A stretch of 64,000 nucleotides of DNA. Source: a virus. Made by a program: the position numbers and the translations under genes. This document shows, one piece after another, positions 10,074 to 18,991 of the stretch (position 1 is the first letter of the stretch; each line of letters opens with the position of its first letter). The stretch covers positions 1 through 64,000 of the IMG/VR virus record IMGVR_UViG_3300047300_001121; one strand, given 5' to 3'. Under the pieces are notes generated by a model. The model was given only the letters and a program-made list of their open reading frames with translations, was not told the DNA's origin and searched no databases.

Positions 10074-10316
10074 TCAAACGACGGGCAACGACTGGTCGCC
10101 CCGAATGGCAGCCCTGATGGCCAGGGTCTGCTTCAAATGTGCTTGGACTCGCACCAGCTCATCGACAGAGACGTCAGCGAGCTGGGATTTGTAGACGTCG
10201 GCCAGGCTGGTCAGCATCTGGTCGACGTGCTTCAGAGGATCGGTGCCGCGGAACTCGGCCACCGTGGTGGTCGCTTCCTGCAGCTTTCGCATTGCGCGCA
10301 GGCCTTCGTCTTCCAT
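10074..10316 (-). CDS. Small helical protein downstream of portal
   Basis: 80 aa, coupled to the portal stop codon. Confidence 0.65.
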   Translation of the reverse strand: MEDEGLRAMRKLQEATTTVAEFRGTDPLKHVDQMLTSLADVYKSQLADVSVDELVRVQAHLKQTLAIRAAIRGDQSLPVV

Positions 10317-12655
10317 CAGACCGCCGGCGTTTCAATGCCGTCGCGCACGCCCTGCATGCCAGTGGCAGGCATCGGCTCAGCGTCAGGCGCTGCCATCTGC
10401 GGCTCTGCATCCACCGGCAGCGCGGGCTGCTCGGGATTGGTGTTGCCGCGCGGCTCTTGAGCGAACTGCTCGTTGCCACCCATGCGCACCATCGTGCCTT
10501 GCTCGTCTTGCACCGGCGGCCCATTGAGCTCGGCGATGGACGGGTTCGGCGTAGCATCGGTCCAGCCGGCGCTGCGCAGGATCTCGTCGCCAGCAGGCGC
10601 GATGGTCGGGTTGCTGGTGGCCACACCGCCGGCTTGCAGCGCTGCGTACACAGCCTCGACGCGCTTGTTGACGGCGTCGGCGATGATGTTGTCGATGTTG
10701 GCCAGGGTTTCCTGGGCCTTGGCGCTGGCGAGCTGCGCATCGGCCATGGCCTTCGCGGCTTGGCCCTTCATCACCTCGACGGCGAGCTGAGCCTGAGCTG
10801 CGGCGAGCTCCTGCTGCATCTGGACCATCGGGTTTTCCTGCTCGGCCTTGACCTCGTCCTCGGTCTTGACGACGTCGGAGAGCTCGTGCGCTTCAGCACG
10901 CTGACGCAGCAGGGCGTCGCGCTTGATGAACGGGGCGTCCATCGGGTTGCTGACCTGGGCGGAGAAGTTGTCCAGCTGCTGGGCACGAACCTCGCGCGCC
11001 ACCAGGGAAGCGGTGCCGCGGGCCTTGACGTCAAAGTCACCCTTGATCGCGTTGTCCTTGTGGAACTGCATGTTCCAGCGGTACAGCGAGGTCAAGAACG
11101 GGCGGGTCACGCCTTCATCCCAGGCGCTGATCAGGTCCTTGATCACGATGTTGGCAGCGCCCATCAGCATCGACATGCCGGAAGCGGTGCCAGCAGCGCC
11201 GGAGCCCACGTTCTCGCCGCTCATGTAGCGCGGGATCGCGGTCACCTCGTCGGCGTTGTTCTCGAAGCGGTCGGCCATGCCGGCTAGGTCGCCCAGGCGG
11301 CTGTTGAGCTGGATCTCTTTGACGGCGGCCGTGCCCGGTTGCGCAGTGTTGCGGAACCAGATTTTCCACGGATGCATCTCGTCCATGCGATCGGTGTTGG
11401 CCAGCAAGCCAGGGGTCACCTCGAGCATCGGGCCGGAGGTGATCGCGCCGTTGTCCAGCATCATGCGGATCGCGGCGTTGAGCATGGTCTGGTCGTCACG
11501 CATGATCGACGGCAGACCCTCGCCAAAGATCGAGGTCTCGTCTTTGTCGAAGTAGTAGAGGTGGTACGGCCAGGTGACGCCGTTGATCGGCTGCAGCACA
11601 GCCTTGATCACTTCGCCGTTGGGCAGCAGCCAGACGTTGCTGAAGAAGGTCTCGTGGATGCGATCGTCAGGGACCTTGACGCCGATGGACTTGAGCTTGG
11701 CGCCATCGAGGTAGCCCCAGCGCTCGAGGATCTCGTACTGGTTTTGCTTGTTGCCCTGGTTGGCGGTGCGCTCACCGATGATGCGCAGCTCGTTGTCGTA
11801 GTAGCGCAGCTTGATTTCGCCGTCCGGATGCGCCTTGATGTAGTCGACGATCTTCTGCTTGTTGAAGCTCTTGCGCATCGACAGATCGACCAAGTCGGCC
11901 TTGGTCATGTTGTGACGCTCGTAGACGTACTTGCAGCGATCGATCTCGGTCGCGTTCATGTCGGGATAGAAGCGCCAGATTGGCACGTAATCCACGAAGG
12001 GCACGACGTAGGCCTCGCTCTTGGCGATCCACTTGTTGCCCTCTTGCACGAAGGTCGTGCGGATCTTGCGCTCGACCAGCGGGCCCTTCATGATCCCGGT
12101 GCCGTACAGGTGACCGGAGTGAATGGTCTTGACGGCGACGTCCTTGTAGCGAGCCTCGACCAGCTGGTCTTCGATGACCTTGGCCATGCCCTTGGCGGCT
12201 TGCTTGACCAGGTCCAGCAGGAACTTGTTCAGCACCTCAGGCGGAATCGGCTGCCCATTGGTCATCTTCTGCAGCGAGTCAAAGGCGAGTTGCTTCTGCT
12301 CTTTGGAGACGCTTGGCACGGGCGTGCTGTCGAGCTCCCAGTTCTTTTCGCTGCCGGCCGGGAACAGCAGGTCAGCCACGCGGCTGTCAACGGTCTTGAC
12401 CTTGACGCGGGTCTTGCGCACGAACGCCTTGGAGCGCTTCGGGCCGATCTTGGCGAGCTCGTCCGGGTCGTACTTGCCGCGGTACTGGCGCAGGTCCTGC
12501 AGCCAGCGCTCTTCCGTCAGGCGACGGTCAAGCTCAGCGCGCGCGAACTCGGCCAGGAGCTCAACGCCCAGGGCGTCAAGGGCGTGTTCAGCGGGCTCAT
12601 CGCGCAGCGCATCGGCTGCGGCGAGCACGTATTGGTTTTGGTCTGATGCGTTCAC
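10316..12655 (-). CDS. Portal protein (podovirus type)
   Basis: 779 aa; EERWLQDLRQYRG, YGTGIMKGP, TASGMSMLMGAA, IKGDFDVKARG. Confidence 0.92.
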   Translation of the reverse strand: MNASDQNQYVLAAADALRDEPAEHALDALGVELLAEFARAELDRRLTEERWLQDLRQYRGKYDPDELAKIGPKRSKAFVRKTRVKVKTVDSRVADLLFPAGSEKNWELDSTPVPSVSKEQKQLAFDSLQKMTNGQPIPPEVLNKFLLDLVKQAAKGMAKVIEDQLVEARYKDVAVKTIHSGHLYGTGIMKGPLVERKIRTTFVQEGNKWIAKSEAYVVPFVDYVPIWRFYPDMNATEIDRCKYVYERHNMTKADLVDLSMRKSFNKQKIVDYIKAHPDGEIKLRYYDNELRIIGERTANQGNKQNQYEILERWGYLDGAKLKSIGVKVPDDRIHETFFSNVWLLPNGEVIKAVLQPINGVTWPYHLYYFDKDETSIFGEGLPSIMRDDQTMLNAAIRMMLDNGAITSGPMLEVTPGLLANTDRMDEMHPWKIWFRNTAQPGTAAVKEIQLNSRLGDLAGMADRFENNADEVTAIPRYMSGENVGSGAAGTASGMSMLMGAANIVIKDLISAWDEGVTRPFLTSLYRWNMQFHKDNAIKGDFDVKARGTASLVAREVRAQQLDNFSAQVSNPMDAPFIKRDALLRQRAEAHELSDVVKTEDEVKAEQENPMVQMQQELAAAQAQLAVEVMKGQAAKAMADAQLASAKAQETLANIDNIIADAVNKRVEAVYAALQAGGVATSNPTIAPAGDEILRSAGWTDATPNPSIAELNGPPVQDEQGTMVRMGGNEQFAQEPRGNTNPEQPALPVDAEPQMAAPDAEPMPATGMQGVRDGIETPAV

Positions 12656-13023
12656 TTCAAGAACAACAGTCGGAATTTGGTTTGCGCGCAGGTCTCGAGC
12701 ATGTCGTCGACGATCTGCTGCAGGAAGGGCTCGTCAGCGCATTCGGCGCGCGCGCCTTTGAGGATCTCGGTCACGCCGCGCACGAGCTTCAGCGGATCCT
12801 TCTCGAGCTTGAAGCCAGAGGCGCCCACTTCGATCAGCTTCTCTTCGCAGCCCATCCAGCACTCGGCGAAGCGGTCGACGTTGGGGATCAGGGCTTCGTA
12901 GAAGGCCTCGAGCGCACGGTGAGCGGCATCGCTGCCAGGCTGACCGTTGGGCGTCAGGTGCTGGATGTGCGCGACGGTGCGCACATTGAACAGCTTCAGG
13001 ACAAATTCACCGGGATTCTTCAT
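12652..13023 (-). CDS. Ferritin/Dps-like four-helix protein (DUF5856-like)
   Basis: AHIQHL...HRALEAFYE...DRFAECWMG...IVDDM...TKFRLLFLK. Confidence 0.7.
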   Translation of the reverse strand: MKNPGEFVLKLFNVRTVAHIQHLTPNGQPGSDAAHRALEAFYEALIPNVDRFAECWMGCEEKLIEVGASGFKLEKDPLKLVRGVTEILKGARAECADEPFLQQIVDDMLETCAQTKFRLLFLK

Positions 13024-13265
13024 TTGGCTTCCTTCTCTTTGGCCGCGATGGTGTCAGCCACCTGCGCTTTGTCCTTGGGCTTCACCGTTTTCACGTCTTC
13101 GCCATTCACCGACTGGCCACCATCGAGGTCGGCGTAGGCGGTGATGTACTCGTCTTGCGCAGTCACGGCAGCCTTCTTGGCGGCAGCGGCAACAGCGTTC
13201 TCAGCGGGATGACCCTCTTCGCCTTCAACCCAGGCGTCGGAGTATTCGTTGGTCGTGTCGGCCAT
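13020..13265 (-). CDS. Small acidic hypothetical protein
   Basis: 81 aa with RBS, coupled to the next gene. Confidence 0.6.
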   Translation of the reverse strand: MADTTNEYSDAWVEGEEGHPAENAVAAAAKKAAVTAQDEYITAYADLDGGQSVNGEDVKTVKPKDKAQVADTIAAKEKEAK

Positions 13266-13274
13266 GTTCAGTCC

Positions 13275-14813
13275 TTAGTAACCGGCCGATGTTGCCGGCC
13301 TGTATGAGCCAGCGTTTGCGGCATTCATCTCTTGAATGCGCGGGGCAACAGCCACGGCAAACGTCAGAGCCAGCGCGTCGCCACCGTCAGGTGAGCGGAT
13401 GCCACGCTTGGCCATCTTCTTCTTGGCCTCCAGCAGCTTCTTGCCGTTGGAGTGCTGATCTGGTTGCGGCGCCGTGATGTCAGCAATCAGCGCCGAGTCA
13501 TTCGGAATGCGGCACGGGAAATCGTGGAACCACTCTTCCATGCGCCACCACATGCCGGCGCGAATGTTCTCGTAAATGTCCGGCTTGGACGTGTCGTTCT
13601 CGGCGTTGTTGATGCCGATCACTGGCACGTTGAGCTCGACCAGGCGGTCGTGGATGCCAGCACCCAAGCCACCCTTGTCGACGATGATCGCGTCGGGCTG
13701 GAACGTATTCCAGATCTCAACCAGGCGACCCACGATCTGCATCGTGTTGTGGTCGGGTGGCAGCCACTCGAGGCGGAAGCAGGTTCGGCCCTGGCGGAAA
13801 GCGATGGCCGTGCGGTCGTGCTTGCCCTCGCCGTCGCCAGCCGGGTCACAGCCAACAATCAGCGGGCCGCTGCGCTCGCGGAAGTCCGTGGTCGCTGCGC
13901 GCATCACAGCGTTGGGGCTGATCAGCGGGTTGAGCGTCGAGGTCTTGAACGCCAGAGCGGCGGTCGCCGGATATTCCTGGTCGAACAGCCATTCGTGGCT
14001 GCGGCCGTACGTGGCGATCTTGTTCGCCCGCCACTGCATCTGCTCCATGTCCAGCCCGTAGGCCAGCTGGTATTCGCGGTCTTCCTTCGACAGCTCGAAG
14101 TCAGGCTTCACTGCTGCCCGGTATTCAACCTGCCAGTACCAGGGCACGAAGATCGCGATGAAGTCACCGCGGCCAGCTTCAGCTTCCTGCCACATCTCGT
14201 GGAACTGGTTGCCCAGGCCGTTGGCCGTGGACTCGAGAATGATCTCAGTGCCGGGCAAGTCGCCAATCGTGTTACCGATACCGGCCAGGTGCATCGCCGC
14301 GTTGGACCAGAACGCGAATTCTGAGCCGTGCAGCAGCTGCGCCGTGTTCGAGCGACCGACGTCTTGCGTGCCTGCGGTGGCCAGCTTGTAGCCGCCGTCA
14401 AGCTTGTCGAAAATCAGCTCCTGGGCGTTGGTCGCGCCAGTGCTGATGGGCATCGGGTTGTTCTCGTGGTAACGCTTCACCATCGAGAACAGGTTGTTTG
14501 TCGCCTTCTGCTCGTGCGCCACGATGAAGGCGCGCTTGCCGAAGTTCATCGACGTGCGGTGATAGAACCGGGCGCCGACGTAGGTCGAGATGCCTTGCTG
14601 CCGACCCTTGAGGATCAGCGCGCGAACCTTGCCGGTGTCAGCGAGCTGCTTATTCAGCCGCTCGTCAACGTAGCGCTGCGCCTGGTTGAACACGAACGGC
14701 AGCTTGTCGCCGCTCTTGTCCAGGATCTTCAGGCAGTGCGCCGAGTAGACCTCGAGGTTGTTCGACAGCAGCCGGAGCTTGGCCAGCTGTTCCGAGTTGG
14801 TCGAGTCCGCCAT
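13275..14813 (-). CDS. terL: Terminase large subunit
   Basis: ILKGRQQGIST Walker A, LHGSE Walker B, ESTANG, FDQEYP, RNase H-like GCDPAG...SPDGGDAL. Confidence 0.95.
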   Translation of the reverse strand: MADSTNSEQLAKLRLLSNNLEVYSAHCLKILDKSGDKLPFVFNQAQRYVDERLNKQLADTGKVRALILKGRQQGISTYVGARFYHRTSMNFGKRAFIVAHEQKATNNLFSMVKRYHENNPMPISTGATNAQELIFDKLDGGYKLATAGTQDVGRSNTAQLLHGSEFAFWSNAAMHLAGIGNTIGDLPGTEIILESTANGLGNQFHEMWQEAEAGRGDFIAIFVPWYWQVEYRAAVKPDFELSKEDREYQLAYGLDMEQMQWRANKIATYGRSHEWLFDQEYPATAALAFKTSTLNPLISPNAVMRAATTDFRERSGPLIVGCDPAGDGEGKHDRTAIAFRQGRTCFRLEWLPPDHNTMQIVGRLVEIWNTFQPDAIIVDKGGLGAGIHDRLVELNVPVIGINNAENDTSKPDIYENIRAGMWWRMEEWFHDFPCRIPNDSALIADITAPQPDQHSNGKKLLEAKKKMAKRGIRSPDGGDALALTFAVAVAPRIQEMNAANAGSYRPATSAGY

Positions 14814-15451
14814 CAGTCAGCCTGCAACTGAACCTGGCGCAACATCTCCTCGAATTCGCCGGCGGACTTCTTCTCGGCATCCAGGCCGAAAATCTTGCGT
14901 TGCAGCGGGATGTAGACGCCGTGACTGGCCGCGATCTCTTTGGACATCTTCACGCGTCCGGCCAATGAAATGATGTAGCGGTACAGCTCGTTGGTCTTGT
15001 CGGTCTTCCAGCCGCCGTTGGCAGTTGGGCCTGACTCGTCATAAGCCTCAGCCAGAGCCTCGAGGACCTCAGCAAACTTCGGATCACTCAGGGCCACCAG
15101 CTCTTTGAGTTGGCCGCGACTGTTGTCGATGGCCAGCTTCACGTCATCGCGCTGGATCATGTCGACCGATGCGACGACGTCGGAGTAAGCCTCAACGGTT
15201 TCCGCGTCGGAGAGTTGCTTCTCTTTGGAAACCTCTTTGGCAACTACTTGCTTGGCAACCTTGGCTTTCGCTTTCTGCTGAATCTTTTCAGACAGGTCGC
15301 GAGTCCATCCAAACTGCTTGGCCTTCTTCTGGATTGCGGTGTGGGAAACCCCGCGCTCCTCACCGATCTGACGCAACGTCTTGAGGCCGGCTCGGTAATC
15401 CTTCTCGATCAGCTCCCAGTCGACGTGCTTCTTGTCTGCCTCATCAGACAT
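14813..15451 (-). CDS. terS: Terminase small subunit
   Basis: N-terminal HTH DWELIEKDYRAG...SHTAIQKKAKQFGWTRDL, directly upstream of terL. Confidence 0.85.
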   Translation of the reverse strand: MSDEADKKHVDWELIEKDYRAGLKTLRQIGEERGVSHTAIQKKAKQFGWTRDLSEKIQQKAKAKVAKQVVAKEVSKEKQLSDAETVEAYSDVVASVDMIQRDDVKLAIDNSRGQLKELVALSDPKFAEVLEALAEAYDESGPTANGGWKTDKTNELYRYIISLAGRVKMSKEIAASHGVYIPLQRKIFGLDAEKKSAGEFEEMLRQVQLQAD

Positions 15452-15460
15452 GGCCGCCTC

Positions 15461-15598
15461 TTACTGGCAGGCCTCGCACCCTTCCCGGTCTTCGGGGTTC
15501 ATGGGGCAGGCAGGGGTCAAGGGCACATCGGAGTCCAGATCCAACCCTTGGGTTTCGTTCTGGTTCTCGGTCTGGGAGCTTTGGGTATCGTTGTTCAT
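15461..15598 (-). CDS. 45-aa peptide ending PACPMNPEDREGCEACQ
   Basis: ATG 2 nt after the upstream stop; fills the gap before terS. Confidence 0.6.
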   Translation of the reverse strand: MNNDTQSSQTENQNETQGLDLDSDVPLTPACPMNPEDREGCEACQ

Positions 15599-15600
15599 GT

Positions 15601-15969
15601 TCACTTGCTGGTGATGGCCGGCATGTTTGGCGCCGGGGCCACAGGGCTTGGGCGGACGAGGCCAGCGAGGATTGCGCCCAGGACACAGGCCAAGATGTAC
15701 TTGGCGCCGGACTGAACCCAATCGGATGTTTGTTTCTGCAGCGGTTGCGCTGCTTCCAGGGTGCTCACACGCTCACCCAGGCTCTTGATCTCTTTGAACG
15801 CACGGTTGATCGTGTCGTTCGTGTTTGACTGCCGCTCTTCCACCACTGCCAACCGCGAGACCGCACTGGCGAGCTCCTTCATGGTCGACTTGATCTCCTG
15901 AAGGTCTGCGCTCATGTCCTGCATCTTGGACAGGGCGACTGCGATTTCTGCTGTATCTGGCGGCGGCAT
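15601..15969 (-). CDS. Coiled-coil protein with C-terminal transmembrane helix (lysis-associated)
   Basis: LAVVEERQ coiled coil plus hydrophobic tail, downstream of the spanins. Confidence 0.6.
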   Translation of the reverse strand: MPPPDTAEIAVALSKMQDMSADLQEIKSTMKELASAVSRLAVVEERQSNTNDTINRAFKEIKSLGERVSTLEAAQPLQKQTSDWVQSGAKYILACVLGAILAGLVRPSPVAPAPNMPAITSK

Positions 15970-16454
15970 TACTGAACTACCTTATTGACCCATTGCTGCA
16001 GGCCAATCACTTGGTTGCGGAGTCCATCAGCTTCTGCTGCCACGCCTCGATATTCCGACGTGCAGCTTCCAAGTAGCTCTCTTGCGACGGAGGCTTCGCG
16101 AGCGTAGCCGGCAGCTTCGGCACCGCGGGGGGCTGGACGGGAATTGAGACGGGCGACGGTGTCGCGCAGCCCACCAAGAGACTGCTCAGCAGCAGCGACG
16201 CGATCACGGTACTCGGCTTCCCGCTTGCTTTGCTCACTGGCGATACGTTGTGACTCTTCAGCACGGCGCTGCTCCTCTTTGCGTGCGGCCTGCTCGGCCT
16301 CCAGGCGGATCTCGGTTTGTTTGGCGCGCTCAATGTCCCACTTGGCCTGGACCCGATCGGATCCCACCTTGTAGCCAGCCAGGGCAATCGCCAGCACAGC
16401 AGCGATGATCAAGCCCACACGCAGCCAGATCATGGGGAATGGCAACGGAAACAT
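15969..16454 (-). CDS. i-spanin (Rz-like)
   Basis: N-terminal TM helix plus coiled coil, after the endolysin. Confidence 0.85.
   Translation of the reverse strand: MFPLPFPMIWLRVGLIIAAVLAIALAGYKVGSDRVQAKWDIERAKQTEIRLEAEQAARKEEQRRAEESQRIASEQSKREAEYRDRVAAAEQSLGGLRDTVARLNSRPAPRGAEAAGYAREASVARELLGSCTSEYRGVAAEADGLRNQVIGLQQWVNKVVQ
16007..16264 (-). CDS. o-spanin (Rz1-like) lipoprotein embedded in Rz
   Basis: GAGGAG RBS, GTG at 16264, lipobox LLVG-C, Pro-rich mature region. Confidence 0.85.
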   Translation of the reverse strand: MLKSHNVSPVSKASGKPSTVIASLLLSSLLVGCATPSPVSIPVQPPAVPKLPATLAKPPSQESYLEAARRNIEAWQQKLMDSATK

Positions 16455-16456
16455 GG

Positions 16457-17170
16457 TCAGACCCGTCCCTTGTATTTCGGCATCCGCGTCTCCACGACGT
16501 CATGGACGTGGTGCCTGCAGATGTCGCAGGCTGAGCGTGTGCCGTAGATCGGTTTCTTCGATGCCGTGCAGGTCAGCTCAACGTGGCCACCCCACTTCTT
16601 GGGATCGCAGCCCTTGGTTAGCGAGCAAGACCGCATGTCGTTGAGCACCCGACCGAAGCCGGCGTTGTAACTGAGGTCTGTCAGCTTGAGCTGCAGATCC
16701 TGATCCGTGGTCAGCTTGCCAACCCGGTTCCAATTCTGTCGGGTCATCACAACCATCACCCGCATCTGCAGGTCCGGCCGCTCGTACACCGTGTCCCAGC
16801 GCAGCTCGTTCAGCCCACGCGGGTCAAGCTTGCGGGTCTCCTCCAGCGCATCAAAGCGCAGGCTGCCGTCTTCCTTGTACGCCCGGGTGATCTGCGACAG
16901 GCCGGCTCCCTCTTCGCGCTGCGACTTCAGTCGCGCCTTGGGGTTCCAGCACATGCTCTTGATCCCGGGACACCCAGACTCATGCTCGATCAGAGCACCA
17001 AAGTACTCAGGAGCATGGAAGCCAGGCATCACTTCGTTTACCTGCGCCTTCAGCGTCGGCAGGTATTGCAGCGCCTGGGCAGGGATGTCTTTTTCCAGCG
17101 AGAACGGGGCGGCGGGCACCGGGTGACAGAACGTCACCAACAGCGAAAGCAGCACCGCCCAGAGTTTCAT
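16457..17170 (-). CDS. Endolysin, lytic transglycosylase-like, with N-terminal signal/SAR
   Basis: Start MKLWAVLL overlaps the holin stop (ATGA); IEHES, EGAGLSQIT, SYNAG motifs. Confidence 0.85.
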   Translation of the reverse strand: MKLWAVLLSLLVTFCHPVPAAPFSLEKDIPAQALQYLPTLKAQVNEVMPGFHAPEYFGALIEHESGCPGIKSMCWNPKARLKSQREEGAGLSQITRAYKEDGSLRFDALEETRKLDPRGLNELRWDTVYERPDLQMRVMVVMTRQNWNRVGKLTTDQDLQLKLTDLSYNAGFGRVLNDMRSCSLTKGCDPKKWGGHVELTCTASKKPIYGTRSACDICRHHVHDVVETRMPKYKGRV

Positions 17171-17496
17171 CGCTGGACCATAGCGAAGAACTGCAGCAAG
17201 CCAATCAGCACCAGGGCGCGCAGCAAGCACACACCGGTGTAGGCAATGCCGGCGCCCGTGTTGCCACCCATGGCGGCGTCGTACAGCTGCTCACTCGAGG
17301 CGCGACCCAGCAGGGCCTTGCCGATCAGGTAGCCGAGACCGGTCACCATCAGCGCCTGGGCCCACAGCTGCACACGCAGCATGGTGTCTGCACCGCCGGA
17401 CGGATCAGTGACGTAGAACCAGGCCAGGATGGCCAGGGGCACAGCCACGAATTGAAACCAGCGAGCACCGATGACGCTCAGGAAAGACTTGAACAT
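17167..17496 (-). CDS. Holin (3 predicted TM helices)
   Basis: Small hydrophobic protein immediately upstream of the endolysin. Confidence 0.75.
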   Translation of the reverse strand: MFKSFLSVIGARWFQFVAVPLAILAWFYVTDPSGGADTMLRVQLWAQALMVTGLGYLIGKALLGRASSEQLYDAAMGGNTGAGIAYTGVCLLRALVLIGLLQFFAMVQR

Positions 17497-17499
17497 GGG

Positions 17500-17997
17500 T
17501 CAGATCCAGAAGAAGGCAAACGCGAACAGTGCGGCACCCAGGGCGCCAACACCAACCGAAGCCCAGAACAGGGGCATGACAACAGCCAGGATGGCTGCCG
17601 TCGACAAAACGATACCGAGCTGCAGAGCAATCCCGGCGTAGGTGTAGAGGGCCGACTTCGACTTGGCGACGTCGCGCTCAGCCTCGAGGGCCTTGGCCTT
17701 TGCCGCCAGTGCCGTCATGCCGTCGACAGTGTCGTCGTGCATCCGCTTGGCTTCGCGGCGATAGTGCTGCGCCAGGTGCTTGTCGGTCGTCGTGTCGGCC
17801 GTCGTGGCATAGACCACCGAGCGCACATTCTTGGCCTGATACCAGGTCCACAGGTTGTTCGCCTGGATGGTGTTGGTCAGGATCTTCGATGAGTTCGATC
17901 CGCCAAAGTAGCCATTGACAGCCAGCAGCGCAGCAAACACGGTGACCGTGATCGCGGCGCGCTTCTTGATGATGATTTCCAGCTCAGAGCGGGTCAT
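17500..17997 (-). CDS. DUF4337-like membrane protein
   Basis: Start MTRSELE (ATGA overlap); WTWYQAKNVR and LQLGIVLST motifs. Confidence 0.75.
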   Translation of the reverse strand: MTRSELEIIIKKRAAITVTVFAALLAVNGYFGGSNSSKILTNTIQANNLWTWYQAKNVRSVVYATTADTTTDKHLAQHYRREAKRMHDDTVDGMTALAAKAKALEAERDVAKSKSALYTYAGIALQLGIVLSTAAILAVVMPLFWASVGVGALGAALFAFAFFWI

Positions 17998-18680
17998 TCC
18001 GGGTCTTTCAGGCAAAAACGCGGAAGCACCCCGGTTCCCTGAACCGCCTTCCAGCAATCAATCACTTTCGGGTCCGTCGCCCACCGGCGCTCGAACTCTG
18101 CTCGAGAAAAGTCATCCACGCGCCGCGTCTGGTAATCCAGGCGGATCCCGTACATCAGCGTGCAGAACACAATCAGCACCACGATGCCGCCGAACCACTT
18201 CGTGATCAGCAGGCTGTAGCGATCGATTCTGCGCTGCCGGGCCCGGGCTTCCTCGGCAAGCTGCTTTTGCAGGTCTCGCTCAGCCTGGAGCCGCTCTTCG
18301 CGGATCCGCTCGCGCTCGGCCGTGAACTCTGACCAGATGCCCGGCATGTCCAGGTGGTAGACCAGGAGCTCCCTGAGCTCGGCCTCCATCTCGATCAGCT
18401 TGCGCCGATTCATCACGTTGTCGAGAGCGGCGTCGTTGAGACTCTTCAGGCGCGCCTTCGGGTTCGCCTTGAGCTCGGCCGCCTTCTGCTGCTCAGCGGC
18501 GGTAATGCTCTCGCTGTGACTGAAGAAGGACCCGCACAGCGTGGTCACCTCGGATGCGATGCTGGCAACGTCTTTGCCTGCGGTCTTCGCCTGGCGATAG
18601 AGATCAACCAGCTCGCGCACGCCATTGATGGCGGCTTTGCAACCACCGTAGGCAAGAGCAATAGATGCTGGGTCAAGCAT
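17994..18680 (-). CDS. Coiled-coil membrane-anchored hypothetical protein
   Basis: Start MLDPASIALAY with GGAGG RBS; single TM near the C-terminus. Confidence 0.75.
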   Translation of the reverse strand: MLDPASIALAYGGCKAAINGVRELVDLYRQAKTAGKDVASIASEVTTLCGSFFSHSESITAAEQQKAAELKANPKARLKSLNDAALDNVMNRRKLIEMEAELRELLVYHLDMPGIWSEFTAERERIREERLQAERDLQKQLAEEARARQRRIDRYSLLITKWFGGIVVLIVFCTLMYGIRLDYQTRRVDDFSRAEFERRWATDPKVIDCWKAVQGTGVLPRFCLKDPE

Positions 18681-18722
18681 GGAAACCTCCCATGTCTGAC
18701 CCGCTCTCGGCCCGGGGATGTT

Positions 18723-18798
18723 TGGTTGCGGGAGTAGGAATTGCACCCACGCACTCGGGCGTATGAGGCCCGTGCTCTGCTGTCTGAGCTATCCCGCC
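18723..18798 (-). tRNA. tRNA with CAT anticodon (Met/fMet/Ile2 identity unresolved)
   Basis: 76-nt cloverleaf GGCGGGA TA GCTC-AGACAGCA-GAGC A CGGGC-CTCATAC-GCCCG AGTGC GTGGG-TGCAATT-CCTAC TCCCGCA A CCA. Confidence 0.85.
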
Positions 18799-18961
18799 TA
18801 AATTTGGACGCGACTATCCCCTCAGAGGTAGTCGCAATTTGCGAAGTTTGTTATGCCTTATAGCGGCACCCTGCTCAGGCTACGCGGACACAGTCCAAAG
18901 GGCCTGAGTGGGTTGCTCCTGCGGGAGCTGGTCATACGACCACAACCTTGCGGTTGCCATC

Positions 18962-18991
18962 AGTATAACATATTGTTTTGTTTTGCGTCAA
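18962..18991 (-). promoter_or_regulatory. Late (pR'-like) sigma70 promoter
   Basis: TTGACG-N18-TATACT with TGn extension, heading the tRNA-lysis-structural operon. Confidence 0.75.

Noticed and set aside
3068-14831. Long plus-strand ORFs (e.g. 3068-4732, 5569-7284, 7426-8643, 8927-10117, 11339-12646)
   Set aside because: Antisense shadows of high-GC structural genes
18681-18746. ORF-track start MQFLLPQ for the 17994 gene
   Set aside because: Overlaps the tRNA; a better start with GGAGG lies at 18680
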